Positions 26,747 through 40,149 of a stretch of 64,000 nucleotides of DNA are shown here, piece after piece; positions within the stretch are counted from its first letter, which is position 1, and each line of letters opens with the position of its first letter. The notes beneath the pieces were generated by a model. It did not search any database. It was not told the DNA's origin and worked only from the letters and a program-made list of their open reading frames with translations. This DNA comes from Lama guanicoe (lineage: Eukaryota): the NCBI GenBank assembly GCA_013239625.1, contig MU053934.1, forward strand, positions 1,333,285-1,397,284, written 5' to 3'. Made by a program: the position numbers and the translations under genes.

Positions 26747-27474
26747 GCTGGAGCCCTCACCGCGGCTCCCCTGTGCTCACGCAGCCGTGCGCGGCGGAGG
26801 TGGCTGTAAATGAATTTAGCAGCCGCGCCGTTATTTAAATTGTTTTAATTAATCACAGATTGAGCAGTAAATGAACCACTAAGTGGAGAGAGAGAGCGGA
26901 CTGAGCGAGAAAGAGGTGAGGGGAGGAAGGCAGCGCCTCGGTGATGGCTTAAAGAAGCACAAACAGCTTCCGTGGGGGCAGGGGCGGGGGCAGGAGGCGC
27001 AGATGGCTGAGCTTTTCCTCCCGCTGCTGACACGTGTCGGCGCCCCAACCCCGGGTGCCACGCGTGGGGACGGGGCGGGGTGGGGGGGTTCCTACTCCCT
27101 GACAAAAAGAATAGAAAGTTGGCTAAAGAAGAGAGCAAGCAGGAGGGGGAGTAACACTTGGTAAGAGTTTAGTGCGTGACTTGGCTGCACTCCGCACTTT
27201 TTTCCTAAACCTGTTACTATATGCAAAACACAGTTTAAAACACCCAGCATCCTAACCCAGCAATGCCAAGGGCTCACTGTGGGACCTTGAACGTGTAATC
27301 AGAGCCCGGATCTGGCTTCTCTGGGATAAGACCGGGTGGAATTGCAGAAGACAATGTCTAAGAGCTCCCGGATCTAGGATTCTTTGCTGTTGAACAAAGG
27401 CATTTCAGGGATGCTCTGGGCCAGCTTCCCCATCTGTAAAACAGGTTTACACCTTCTTCAGAGTTAATATGGGA

Positions 27475-27805
27475 TTCAGCAAACTGCAGCCTGCTTGTTT
27501 TTGTACAGCCTGTGAGCTAAGAGAGGTTTGACGGTTTGTTTTTGTTCTTGTTTTTGTTTTTTACATTTTTGTATGGTTGAAAAAAATCAAAAGAACAATA
27601 TTTCATGACGAAAATTATACGAAATCTTAATTCCATAAATAAAGCTTTATTGGAATGCGGCCACTCTGATTCATTTTAAGGATTGTCGGCAGCTGCTGGC
27701 ACAACACAGAAGCAGTTTAGTGGTTGTATCAGAGACTGGATGTCCAGAGAAGCCTGAAATATTGACTGTCTGACCATTTACATAAATGGTTTGCCCACCC
27801 CTGAT
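27475..27805 (+). mobile_element. MER58B-like MITE
   Basis: cagcaaactgcagcctgcttgtttttgtacagcctgtgagctaagag...ggtttgcccacccctg; homologous to 6870-7205. Confidence 0.8.
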
Positions 27806-28144
27806 TTAACACATCATGATTTGTCAGATGCACGGTTTTATGTACCGTTAACAAGGAAAAACGCTGCCAATTAAACCACACCATAATGTTTTCATATTAC
27901 TTAGATTTTATTAATTTACATTTATTGGAAGTTATTTAGACTGTTTAAACCTAGATTTGGATCACACTTGTGAAAACATAAAAAAAGAAAATGTAAAATA
28001 AATTGATAATGGTATCCCCAAAACCTCTTCGTATCCAGAGACCAACTGTTCTGAATCACTTTTTGACTCGAAATTACTTTCATTTTTGTCTAGCATACAA
28101 TATCGTCCCCCATGGTTCTCTGTAAAGCAGTATTTCTTTTTCCT

Positions 28145-29039
28145 TTGTATTTTTTTAATTGAGGTAACATTGGTTTATAACATTAAGTAAGTTACATGTA
28201 TGCAACAGTATATTTTGACTTCTGTATACACTGCAGCATGCTCACCATCAAAGGTTTAGTTCCCACCCGTCACCACGCAGCTGACCCCCTTTATTCATTT
28301 TGTCCTCCACCCCTCCCCTCTGGTAACCACTACTCTGTTGTCTGTATCTATGTGTTTGTTTTGGTTTGATTTGGCTTGTATGTTTTTGGTTTTTTTTTAA
28401 TTCACTTATGAGTGAAATTAAGTATTTGTCTTTCCCCATCTGATTTATTTCATTTAGAATAATACCCTCCAGGTTCATCCATGTTCCTGCACATGGCATT
28501 AATTTATTCTTTTTTATGGCTGAGTAATACTCTGTTGTGTATATACAACACAACTTTTTTTTCTTTTTTTTTTCCTTTTTTTTAATTGGCGTATAGTCAG
28601 TTTACAATGTTGTGTCAATTTCTGGTGTACAACATAATAGTTTAGTCTTACATATACATACATATATTCATTTTCATATTCTTTTTCATTATAACTTACA
28701 AGATATTGAATATAGTTCCCTGTGCTATACAATATAAACTTATTTATCTATTTTATATATAGTAGTTAGTATCTGCAAATCTCAAACTCCCAATTTATCC
28801 CTTCCCCCCCTTCCCACCAACCCACCCCAGTAACCATAAGTTTGTTTTCTATGTCTGTGAGTCTGTCTCTGTTTTGTAAATAAATTCATTTGTTGTTTTT
28901 TTAGATTCCACATATAAGTGATACCATATGGTATTTTTCTTTCTCTTTCTGACTTACTTCACTTAGAATGAGAATCTCCAGGTCCATCTATGTTGCTGCA
29001 AATGGTATTATTTTATTCTTTTTTTTATGGCTGAGTAGT
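28145..29039 (-). mobile_element. Two tandem L1 3' ends (older 28145-28553, younger 28554-29039)
   Basis: Two poly-T heads, each followed by antisense L1 3'UTR and ORF2 end, with different 3'UTR types. Confidence 0.9.
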
Positions 29040-31469
29040 TGGAGTCATGGCAGGTGCTAAGGCTTCAATCTCTGAGACACAAACTCAAGGCTGGAGTGAT
29101 GAATGCAAGGAATATGAGGTGGCAGGAGGTTTAAATTTCATAGTATGTGGCTGACCCCGGACAGCAAGGATGGGCAAGGCTTCCCCACCATACAGAGTAG
29201 GGGAGAGAAAAAAAGTCTGCCTGAAAGGCCTCCAGGAATGGGTGTGCTCAGGAGAGGTCCAGGTGTCCCCCAGCCCAAGAGGACAGGGGGAGGCCCAGGG
29301 AGGAGGTTGAATGTGCAGGGAATCTCACTGACAGTGTCGGCGCCGCTAAGTTCTAAAGGGCACAGCCCGGGAGTCTGGAAGCAGCATTCCTGGCAGGGGA
29401 GGCGGGACTGCCTGCCTGGGAGGGAGGAACTCTTTATCGCTGACATTGTTCAGAATTGCGGATGCGTGATGACCACGAAAAGCAGGCTGAGTTTTATAGG
29501 TTTTATTCTTGTTTTAAATTCTCGACTGCCCTTCCTGCCTGAACCCAGGGCAGACTGTTGGTTTGGGGAGTTCGGAGTTGTGGGAAATTGAGTCCGTTAG
29601 GGCTGCACGCCCGAGAGCGGTAGGGATGAGATGATGGAGGCAGAGGTTGGAACAGCTAACACCCACGTGTGCCGCCCTCTTGTAAGGGCTTCTTCACACA
29701 AAGCAACTGACTGATTCCTCACAGCCATCCTACGAGCTGGGCTCTGGAATTACAGCCCCATAATATGGAAGAGGAAACTGAGGCACTGAGAGGCACGTGA
29801 CATGCTAGACGATCCCCAGATGTCAGGTGGAAGAGCTGGCTGGCTCCAGACTCTGGGCTGGACCCCTGTGTGACCTGGGGTCCTGGCTTCTCATGGTGGC
29901 CGCTGTACACGGGGCTGCGAGAGTGTTGGGCTCATCCTGGTAGTCTCTCTGGCTGTGAGGGTCGAGAAGAGGGATGTTTCCCAGGCTCCTGAATCTCCCT
30001 GCCCATCCGCAGCCACATAACCACTTCAGTGGCTGTGTTTTCAAGCAGAGGGCCACTTTCTCTGAGGCCCCAGGACTCAGTGCTTGGCCTCAGCAGCTCC
30101 CCTCTGTGTCTAATGAGGATGGCAATGACAGGTTCGTGGATGCAGCAAGTGACCACCAGAGGCAGGGTAGACGCGGGACTCCACACCTGTCGGCGGAGAT
30201 AAGAAAAATCTCTTTTTCAAAGCAGGTTGGATTGGAGTTTCCCTCCCTTGCTGCCAAGAGCATCATAACTGAATTACAGGGAGGGTCTGCCAGGCAAGAG
30301 GTCCTGGGCAGAACAGCTCGGAATCCAGGCAAAGCCAAGATTTGGAGAGTCGAGCTTCAGAGAGGTCTGGCAGCCAGGCTGTCACCACCAGGAAGACCTT
30401 CATGATCCCTGAATAGGGAGGGGGCCTGGAAAAGTAGTGGGGGGCCCTATGGGAGAACTGGGGATAGAGGAGCAAGAACCAAGATGTACGTCAAGCCATT
30501 TCCTGGTGTGCAACGTGGGAGAAGAGGTAAGTCTCCCAGCCGGAGAGGGGAGCAGCCCCAGCCCGATCCCCACCTTGTATTAGCTGTGTCCCCTCAGACA
30601 CACAGTTGAGCCCCTCTCTCTGTCAGTTCCTATCTCTGTCACATGAGGATGGTACAGTACCTGCCTCTAGGACTGCCAGGTGGACATATGAGATTATCCC
30701 TGAGGAAGTGTCGTCTATGCACATTACTCTCCCTCCTCTGCTCCCCTAGGCTTGCTGCCTGGTGGCCACGTCCTCCCACGCTCCACTCCCCTCCGTTCCT
30801 GCCTTTCCAACTTAGAGCCCTCCTTGAAGAGGCAAGCTCAGGCATCACTCCTCCAGGAAGCCCTCCATGCTTTCCTCCCACTCCAAGTGTCAGTAGATGT
30901 CTTCTCTGTGCTTCTCCCTGCTGCGTTTTTGAAACCTGCCTCCCAACACCTATTACATCAGAGGGCACATTACAGGTTCTTGGTGACTGCTGAACAAATG
31001 AGGGCATGCACAAACAAGCTGGGAATGTGGGGGCTGGGTTTCAGGAACAAGCCAGAGGTTTATTTACCAGACCTGGGGACCAAGGGACAAGGGATGAGAC
31101 TGGCTTGTACTCAACACCCTGATGCCTCCTCCCACACACATTCTAGGTCCCGTTGGTCTCAGAGCCGATTTTCATTCATACAACAAAGGTTACTGAGCTC
31201 CTGTTGTGTTCCACACTCTGTTCTTGGCACTAGAGATACAGAAGGAAGCAGAATATTCATAATTCCTCATCTCTTTGTGCCTGTTATGTTCTAATACCAG
31301 AAACAAGGAAATGCATAAAATACAAGATAATTTCAGATCAAGGTAAGTATTAGGGAGAAAATGAAAGCATGAAGAGGGGGAACTGGGGCAGAAATTTCCT
31401 TGAAATGGAATAGTCAGGGGAGATATTTAAACATCAATGGGTAACGAATATCACACGTTATCAATAGAA

Positions 31470-31655
31470 GGTGAGTGTAATTGGAAGGATAGACTGGGGG
31501 TTCAGGATTTGCAGAATTAACTACTATATATAAAATAGATAAACAGCAAGGTCCTGCAGTATAACACAGGGAAATATATTCAATATCTTGTAATAACATA
31601 TAACGAAAAAAAATCTCAAAAGGAATGTGTATACACATGTATGTATAACTGACTC
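31470..31655 (+). mobile_element. L1 3'UTR fragment
   Basis: ggatagactgggggttcaggatttgcagaattaactactatatataaaatagataaacagcaaggtcctgcagtataacacagggaaatatattc. Confidence 0.88.
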
Positions 31656-33654
31656 CCCAGGAAGGGCCCACAGCGGGCTTCCGTCCAGGGGTGCTGGCCT
31701 GCAGAACTCCGCCCATCACCAGTCTGCCACCCAGTCACCCTCGCTCCTGTGTTGTCCTTGCTGCAGACCGTGACATGTTTGGAGCAGCCCGGCACTCTGC
31801 AGGGGCTTGGGGACCAGCCACCAGTAATGAAAGATGCACTTTTTTGTATTATGGTATTCCAGATTTTTTGAAAAATACAGAATTTGAATCATTCACCTCT
31901 TGAGGCATACTCAGAAAGTTATCTGCTGAATAAAAACTTCTAACTGAACCAAAGCGAGTACTTCAGAAAGCATTCTGACCCATCCCTCCCTAGTATAGAA
32001 TAATTTCCAGGTACCTGGTTATCACGTAAATTTCCATTTCCTGGGTTACTGATGCCAGGGAGCCCTTTTCCTTGATTTCCCTAATAATCATTGGATAATT
32101 TTAAACTGTTAATAATAATCATTTCCATTTCCTCCAGACTCCGTTCGAACTCCAAGACTATTTCCCAAAGTCCTAATGCAGTCACCTTAGCCAAGGGTGA
32201 GGAGATTGGAGGGAGCTGAGAGGGGAAAACCAAGGAAGTTATCATAGAGGGAGGGAGTGAGGAAGGTGAGGGAGGCCCCAGGTCCAATCCCAGCCTTAGG
32301 GTCCTGACCAGGTCCCTTCCTGCAGGCCGATTCCCTCTGCCTCCCTTCCAACCACCACCACCTCCACCACCAAGTTCCTGCCTGCCTGTGACTTTGCAGG
32401 TTGCCCCTACACAGGAATGCCCAGTGAGAGAGCCAGGAAACCCCAGCTCTCAGTGTCTACCAGGCTCTGTGCCCTCCCACATCTGCCCCGAGGACTGGCC
32501 CCAGGCCCTGTAAGGGCTGGCAGCAGCTCTGTTATTATGAAGGAGAAAGGGTACACGGAGGCCCGTCTTCCATTTCTCCAGCCAAAGACCCCTCTGGACC
32601 GAAAGGATGCAGTTGACCCCCAACCATGTAGGGAAATGGAAGGGAGAGAGAGGAGTTCTCCTAGCCCAAGCAGACTGACTGTGAGATGTGTGTGGCCCCC
32701 TCTCAAACCATTCCTGGATGTGCCCCAAATATTATCCACTCCATCAGCCTCCAGGGGCCCGGCCGGGAGGTGACCAGCCAGGACTGAGCAATCAGAGGCC
32801 TGCGTGGGCTCAGGCACAGACAGATGCTCCTCTGGTTTATTCCCTATTAGCCTGGTAATGTAATACACTGGGTGTAATTGGTGCGTGAATCAAGAGACAC
32901 ACTCTCTTTATGTTCCCCAGGCTCTGCAGTAACCTCCTGTGTCCCTCTGCCTCTCTCGGGCACACCTCCAGCTGGCCACCCTGACATTTCTGGAGCTGGA
33001 GCTGGCAGAGAAGACATTTTGTTGCAGCCCCTAAACTGGAGGGAGACATAGTCTCAGGCTTTTGTAAGTGGCAGCCATCAAATATGGGAGGACCGTCCTC
33101 CTTTTTCGTTCCTGGAGAATGAGTCTGTTTCCAAATATAAGGACTTGGAGAAGCCAGGTAGCAGCCAGTGGGAACAGGTGCTGGCAAGCTGGGCCTGCCA
33201 TGTTTGTTCAGGGCTCTATCTTCCTACAGGCCTTGTTTCTCACTTCCTGCCACCACTGCCACCTGGCTACCTCCCAGCCCAACTCCACCAGCGATCCCCA
33301 GGGTCCCCCTCAGCTAATCTCTCTGTGCTAGCAAGGAAGCAGTGCTATGGGAAAAGTCTGAGTTTGGGAGACCCACAAACTCAAAACAGAATCTAGATCT
33401 GAGTTCCTAAGCCAGGTGACTTTGCCTCCCTATGCCCCAGTTTCTTCATCTATAAAATGGGCACATAAACCATTCTCCCTGGCTTGTGGGGAGGATTAAT
33501 TAAATCTCCCAGAAGGTCTGGCACAGCATTGGTGTCCAACTAAGCTTAGTTTGACAGCTCCCGCGACATCCCCGACTCCATCAGATTGTCCCAAAGGGCT
33601 TTTCATTACGTCAAAGAATGAATCCAGGAAAACCTGGGATTGAACTCTCTCTTC

Positions 33655-34446
33655 TTTTTTTACATATATATATGTAAATACATATACATATATACATGTA
33701 TATGTATACATACACATATATTTATATATATACACATATATTTTCAGATTATTTTCCATTATAGCTTATAACAAAAAATTGAATATAGTTCCCTGTGCTA
33801 TCCAGTAGGTCCTTGTTGTTTATCTATTTTATTTTTGTTATTTTTTATTAAAGTGTAGTTGATTTACAATGTCAGTTTCAGGTGTACAGCAAAGTGATTC
33901 AGTTATACACATACATACATTTTTTTTCTTTCCAGATTCTTTTCCACTATATGTTATTACAAGAAATTGAATATAGTTCCCTGTACTATCCAGTAGGTTC
34001 TTAGTGTTTATCTATTTTATACATAGTAGTGTGTATCTGTTAACCACAAACTCCTAAATTATCCCCTCACCCCTCTTTCCCCTTTGGTAACCATAGTTTG
34101 TGTTCTATGTCCATGAGTCTATTTCCAGTTTGTAAATAAAACTTATATCTTTTTTTAGATTCCACATATAAGTGATATCATATGATATTTTTCTTTCTCT
34201 GTTTGATTTACTTCACTTAATATGATCATCTCCAGGTCTATCCATGTTGCTGCAAATGGCATTATTTTATTCTTTTTATGGCTGAGTAGTATTCCATTGT
34301 AGTCCATTCTCACATCTTTTTTATCCAATCATTTGTTGATGGACATTTAGGTTGCTTCCATGACTTGGCTATTGTAAATAGTGCTGTTATGAACACTGGG
34401 GTGCATGTGTCTTTTCAAATTAGAGTTTTCTCTGGATATATGCCCT
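33655..34446 (-). mobile_element. Tandem/nested L1 3' ends with a TA-rich microsatellite
   Basis: The antisense L1 3'UTR block attgaatatagttccctgt...atccagtagg occurs twice (about 33780 and 33968), followed by the ORF2 end to about 34446. Confidence 0.9.
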
Positions 34447-35569
34447 GAACTGGACTCTTTACTCTGAACACACAGCTATGAGTTTACCTATCCCTCGAGC
34501 AGTTCTCATGCAATTCCTTCTGTGGCCGAACATAGAAATTATCAATGATCTGGCAACTTACATACTCATCCCTGCTCGAATGTCCCACCCCATTTAACAC
34601 CAGTGTCCCTTGGGGCTCATCACACTATCTGGTCAGTGGACAGTCAACCTCACAGAATGACATCAGCATCCCATGATGCTGTGCCCAGGAAATTAAGATC
34701 AATTGCATTTGAAAATGCGTATCTCATGAACGAGGCAGGATTTCATGAGCTCAATGAAAGGGGAATCAAAGCGTGGCTCAGATCACACACAGAACCTTTG
34801 ACAAACGAGTCAGTAAGAAGCAGCCTCTGCATTTCAAGTCCCTCCTCCTCGTTACTCGCTGCACATCCATGAACAAGTTATTAACCTCTCCACGCCTTAA
34901 TTTCCTTATAAAACACGCAGAATATGTTTACCACATAGAGTTGCAGTAAAAATAAATCCATTGATGTACACAAAGAGCCTGGTACATGGTACAAGCTCAA
35001 AAAATGCTAGTTATCAGTACTGTGTAGAAGGGCGAGACCAGTTAAAATTAACAAAGAGGAAATCAATGAGGATAATGAATAAGTGCCTCCAAAGAGAATA
35101 ATTTCAATATCAAAGCACTAAGAGAGGCCCTTAGGAAAACTTACGAAGCCCTCAAGCATTTTTGCAAAATGCAATCCTCTTTATAGTTGTGCCGTGAAAA
35201 TCTAATATGAAGTGAAGGTGGTTCTAACGCACCAATATTCCCTCTTGTCAGAAAAATTCCACCCAAAAGAGAAATGTGTGATTCAGTCTTTGTTCATTCT
35301 AAAAATTCAAGGGTAAAATTTTAATTATACTAAAATAGGGTTAAACGTAACATACAATTTACTTACTTTCATTCTATTTTGCTTTCTGTCTCAGTGACAG
35401 GTTGGCCTCATCCCAAGGGGGTGATACACAGGCTGACACTGGGCAGAGATGGCACTGATGTCCAAGTGCATGGTTCCAAGTTTGCCCTTGGGTGGCATAA
35501 ATACTTATGTGGCTGGAGACGGGGTTCAAGCCAGGAGAAAGTGGAAACAGGAGACTGTCCTTCTTTCTT

Positions 35570-36330
35570 TGGATCAATAAATATTTATTGTGCCAGATAC
35601 TGTTCTAGATGCTTGAGATACAGGCATGACAAATAGACCAAAAAATCCCAACCTTCATGGGCTTATAATCTAATTGGGATGGAGGTTAAACTGTAAGCCA
35701 TAGACATACTAAATAGTAAATGATGTAGCACTTAAGTGCTATAGAAAAGGGAACAGAGGATCCGGGTACCAGAGCAGGGGTAAGGAGACAGGGCCTAGCT
35801 GAGAAAGTGCTGTTTGAGGAGACAAAAAGGAATGAGAGAGTGAGCCATGACACTGTGCAGGGAAAAGCATTTCAGGCAGAGGGAACAGCAAATGCAAAGA
35901 CGCAAGGGTGTCTGGTGTGTTCAAAGGAACTACCAGGAAGTCCATGTACCTGGAGCACAGAGAGGCCGTGGAGTCTGATTTCACAGGGCCTCATAAGTTG
36001 TTGGTTCTCCTCTGGATTCACTGGGGGGTAGGGGAGAAGCCTGAGCAAAAACGGCCAGATTTGGCAACTGTACGGCACAAGGACTGGAGGGGAAAGGAGA
36101 AAGCATGGAACCGAATGTTGTCCAAGGCAGGGCTGCAGCTGGCTCACCCCTGGAGATAGTTGAGGCAGCCAGAGAAGTGATGAGATTCCAGAACACCTGA
36201 AGGATCTAACCAGTAGGATTTGCTGATGGATTAGATGTGGGCTGAGAGGAAAAGGGGTGGGATGATTGCTAGGTTTCTGCTTCTGGCCCATCAAACCTGG
36301 AGCTCAGGTCAGTTCACCAAATGGAAACAC
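35570..36330 (-). mobile_element. L2 LINE fragments
   Basis: aataaatatttattgtgccagatactgttctagatgc...caggcagagggaacagcaaatgcaaag...ggatttgctgatggattagatgtggg are typical antisense L2 segments. Confidence 0.75.
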
Positions 36331-39300
36331 AGCCAGCCAGCAGGGCAAGCAAGGGTGGATGAGTGGTGGGGAGTCCACCAGACCGTCCCCACAATATGGC
36401 CGCTCGCTATGTGCAGCCTTGGCAATCATAATAATGGCACCCAGTGGGGACTTACGGGGTGCCAGGCCCTGTGCTCCCCCGGCAGGGTCTCACTGGATGC
36501 CCTCAGCAAGCCTGTGAGGTGGGCATCACTAGTTCTGCTTACCGGCGGTGTGATGAGAGCACCTGAAATCTACCCTTAGCATATTTCCAGCATTTGTTAC
36601 GCTATTATTAACCATGGTCATCATGCTGCATGTCAGCTCTCTAGACTTATTTATCCTCTGTAATCGCAAGATTGTTCCTTTGACCAACATCTCCCCACTT
36701 CCCTGCCTCCCTGCCCCTGGTGACCGTCATTCTACTCTCTGCTTCTGTGGAGTCAACTTTTTAGATTCCATAGGGAAGTGAGATCGGAAAGTGTTTTCCT
36801 TTCTGTGTCTGCTGAAAGTGACTTTCAGCTTTGTCTTCTAGGATGAGAGCGGGAAGGCAAAGTACTTTCTGAGTGTGGAGGCTCTAGAGCAAGATGGATC
36901 TGGGTTCCAATCCTATGCCAAGATACTCTCTGGGTCCCCCTTTCCTCATGAAGCTATTGGGAGGTTTCAACTAAATGATCAGTGTCATGTGCAGTGCTGA
37001 TAGCAGCAGTGACTGCATCTTGAGGACTTTCTGCAGACCGGGCACTGTCTGAAGCCCTTTGTGTTCAGTTCTCACAACAGCCCTGTGACCTGGGTTCTAT
37101 CAATAAACTCATTTTACAGAAGAGAAGCCTGAGCCACAGAGTGTTGAAGTAACTTACCCAAAGTTCCCTGGCTCCTCTCCTTCTCTGTTATGTGGCTTTG
37201 GTCAAGTCATTTCATCTCCCTGATCTTGCACAAGTTAATTTACTGCTTGTGTGTCCTGGTTACCTGTTCCAGAGAATAGAGTGTCTAGCATGTATTAATC
37301 CTCAAAACAGATAGGAGTGTTTTTTTAATCCTTCTCAACTTCATCATCACTACTCATAAAATTACAGACTTGCCCAAAAAGAGAAGAGATACTCAGTAAA
37401 CACTCAACCAAGGTGGGAGGGAAGGCAGGCGAGAAGGGAAGAAGGAAAAGTGAATGAAGAACGAATGAACAAATGAATGAATGAATGCATGCATCACCCA
37501 CCCAGAGAAAGCTCTGGAATGCTGAAGTGGGGCAGGAGGATGTGAAGCGTGTTAAGTGCTACATCTGCAAAGTGATGGAGCCTGTGGGTGCAGAAGAAAC
37601 AAGGACCCATATCACTGTAGCTCCATCACCCTCCACCCCTCGACTGAGGTCTCCCTTCATCCCCCAAAGCATAAGTAAGTCTAAGAACCATTTGCACCCT
37701 GATGGACAGTGATGCCAACAGAAATGTCAATTGACCATAATTGGTCCAAAAATGGACTTCACAACCCAAATTATCAGTTTAAGACCCCAGGGACGCTTTA
37801 TTAATATTTCTAATTTATGGGCTCATTTGAGAAGTCATCAGGGGCAACAAATGTAATAAATCATGGGTTAAAAGGACTCCAGACAGCAACACACGAAGCC
37901 TTCCGCGAGCACGCTGGGTGGTAGCCATTGAACGTTTGAGACAATCATAGCAACTGTCACCAGGGAGATGGCTGCAAAAGGGAGTCTGGAGTTGGCGGCG
38001 GTGACAGCTGGAAGCAGATTATCAAGAAAGGACAGCATTTTCTGGTCCAGCGGGGTTAGCAGAGGAAGAATTGTGCAGCTGCTTTGTGCAGGCACTTTAT
38101 TTGCATTGTCTCATTAAGCCCCTCGAGAGGCATCTGTGTGATAACTGCCCTGATTCCCATTTATAGATGAGGCAACCAAGGCTCAGAGAGACTAGATCAC
38201 TGGCTCATTTAACAGTTGAGCTGGGGTTCAAAGGCAGGAGGCACCCACCCAATGATCCATGCTCTTAATCGCTGCACTTTTCTGGCCACCAGTTCAATGT
38301 ATCCATTCCACAGAGCTGGAGACTGAGACCCAGTGATGGAGACACACATGCAAGTCAACAGCAGGGCTGGCATGAGGACTCTAGCATCCTAATATCTATT
38401 CTCTTCTTTCTGAAATACTGCCCTGACTCTCTGTCATTCTTGTCTCCTCACTCTTTTTGTTTTTTCTTTCCTTCATCGCATTCATTACCTGCCATGTTAC
38501 GGATTTACATCTTTGGATCCCAGTATGCTTACATTTGTGAGCTGAGGGTTTGGGCTGTTTAATCTTACACCAACTTGTACACCAAGTGATACAGCTGTTT
38601 ACACACACATCTCAAGCATATAGTCTTCCCAGTGGTCCCAAAATAACTAAAGTCCACTTGCTAAATTCTCTCCTTGCCTGCACTCGCTGACTGCAATGGT
38701 CAGAATAAGGTGGGACCTCTTATGTTTGCCCCTCTGAGGGTTTTCTCTGTGCCCTGGGAGCTGCCCAGCCCCTTTCACATGGATACATTCTTAACAGGTT
38801 ACAGCTTTTGTGTCTTCTGAAGTTGCTTTCCCACTTCTCTGCTTCAGCATATTACGTGTTCATTATTAAGTTTGTCACCAAAGAGGACATCCCACTTCCT
38901 TTCTCCAGATTTTTAGGAGAATTGCTCATTGTAGCTTCCAACTACAAGCTATAGTCAGGCTATTGATTATATAGCCAATATTCATGTTTCCCTTCTTGTT
39001 AACAATAAAACCCCAATATTATGCAAGGGTGACAGTGTTCCCAGGTTAAAGACTACATTCCCTCAACCCACCTTCAGCTAAAAGAGGAGGCTTAATGAGA
39101 TGAAAGAAAAAATCATTAGATGAGTTTCCCTCCAAAAAGGCTTTTGAGAGGGGGCTGACCAAGCCAAGAGATTGGTCCTTCTGCCCTTCCATCTGGAATG
39201 CAGACCTGATTTCTGGAACCCCAGCAGCCAGTTTGGACTGTGAGGCAACCTTGAGGCTGGAAGCTGACACTAAGGTAGATAGACCTAATGATAGTGAATC

Positions 39301-39735
39301 TGCAGCTGAGCCCTGGCCTGACACTCTTGGCCCCATTTACATGACAGAAAAAAATAAATGAATACTATGTGATCTTTCTTATATGTGGAATCTAAAAACA
39401 AAACAAAACAAAACAAAAACACAAACACCAAGCTCATAGATACAGAGAACAGACTGGTGGTTGCCAGAGGTGGGGGGTGCAGGAAGGGAGAAATTGGATA
39501 CACTGGGAGGGTTGGTTTAATTTACATTTTTGAGACATTTACTCCTGTGTTCTGTGACATGCGGCCAAATATAATGCTAATTAATGTGTTGACATATGAG
39601 TTTTTGCTCAGCAGACCCTCACTGCTGTGGCCAAGCCGTGGTGTCCGGGGTGTGGTGTGAAACACCAGTAAGCCACAGCCCTTGCTTTTAAGGGTCTCTC
39701 AGGGCAGGGGATTCCACCAGTAAACCATGATACAA

Positions 39736-40149
39736 TGTCAAAAGAAAAATTGCAAGGGCTTTACTTGATATGACTATTTTATTGATTGAGAAACAAACTG
39801 TGACCAGGGATACTTCAAACCCCAAGCTGATAAGAAGCTGAGAGGAATGACGTTCCAGGACGGTTTAAAGTGAAGAGGAGGAAGTTGTTTGACCTTTACA
39901 GTGATGGGCTGTTACCACGGGGGTTTCCACACGGCAGGGGATTGGTTACAGTGATGCGCTTCTACCATTTTAGGAAGATGACTTCGGTTTATTTTATGAT
40001 GATCAGGAACATTGACAAGAGATAGATAACCTGAGAGGTTTAGCCTCTGTTCATGACATAAGCTAGAATTTGTTTCGCTTACATGGCTTAAATGGTTTGG
40101 TCTGCTTGGGGACTTTCAAGTCTGGTCTCCATTTAATTTTATTGTAATA
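39736..40149. mobile_element. Probable old ERV1-type LTR
   Basis: Begins TGTCAAAAGAAAAATTGC. Internal gattggttacag and ttgtttcgcttacatggc resemble the 8048-8381 LTR. No clear TSD. Confidence 0.45.
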
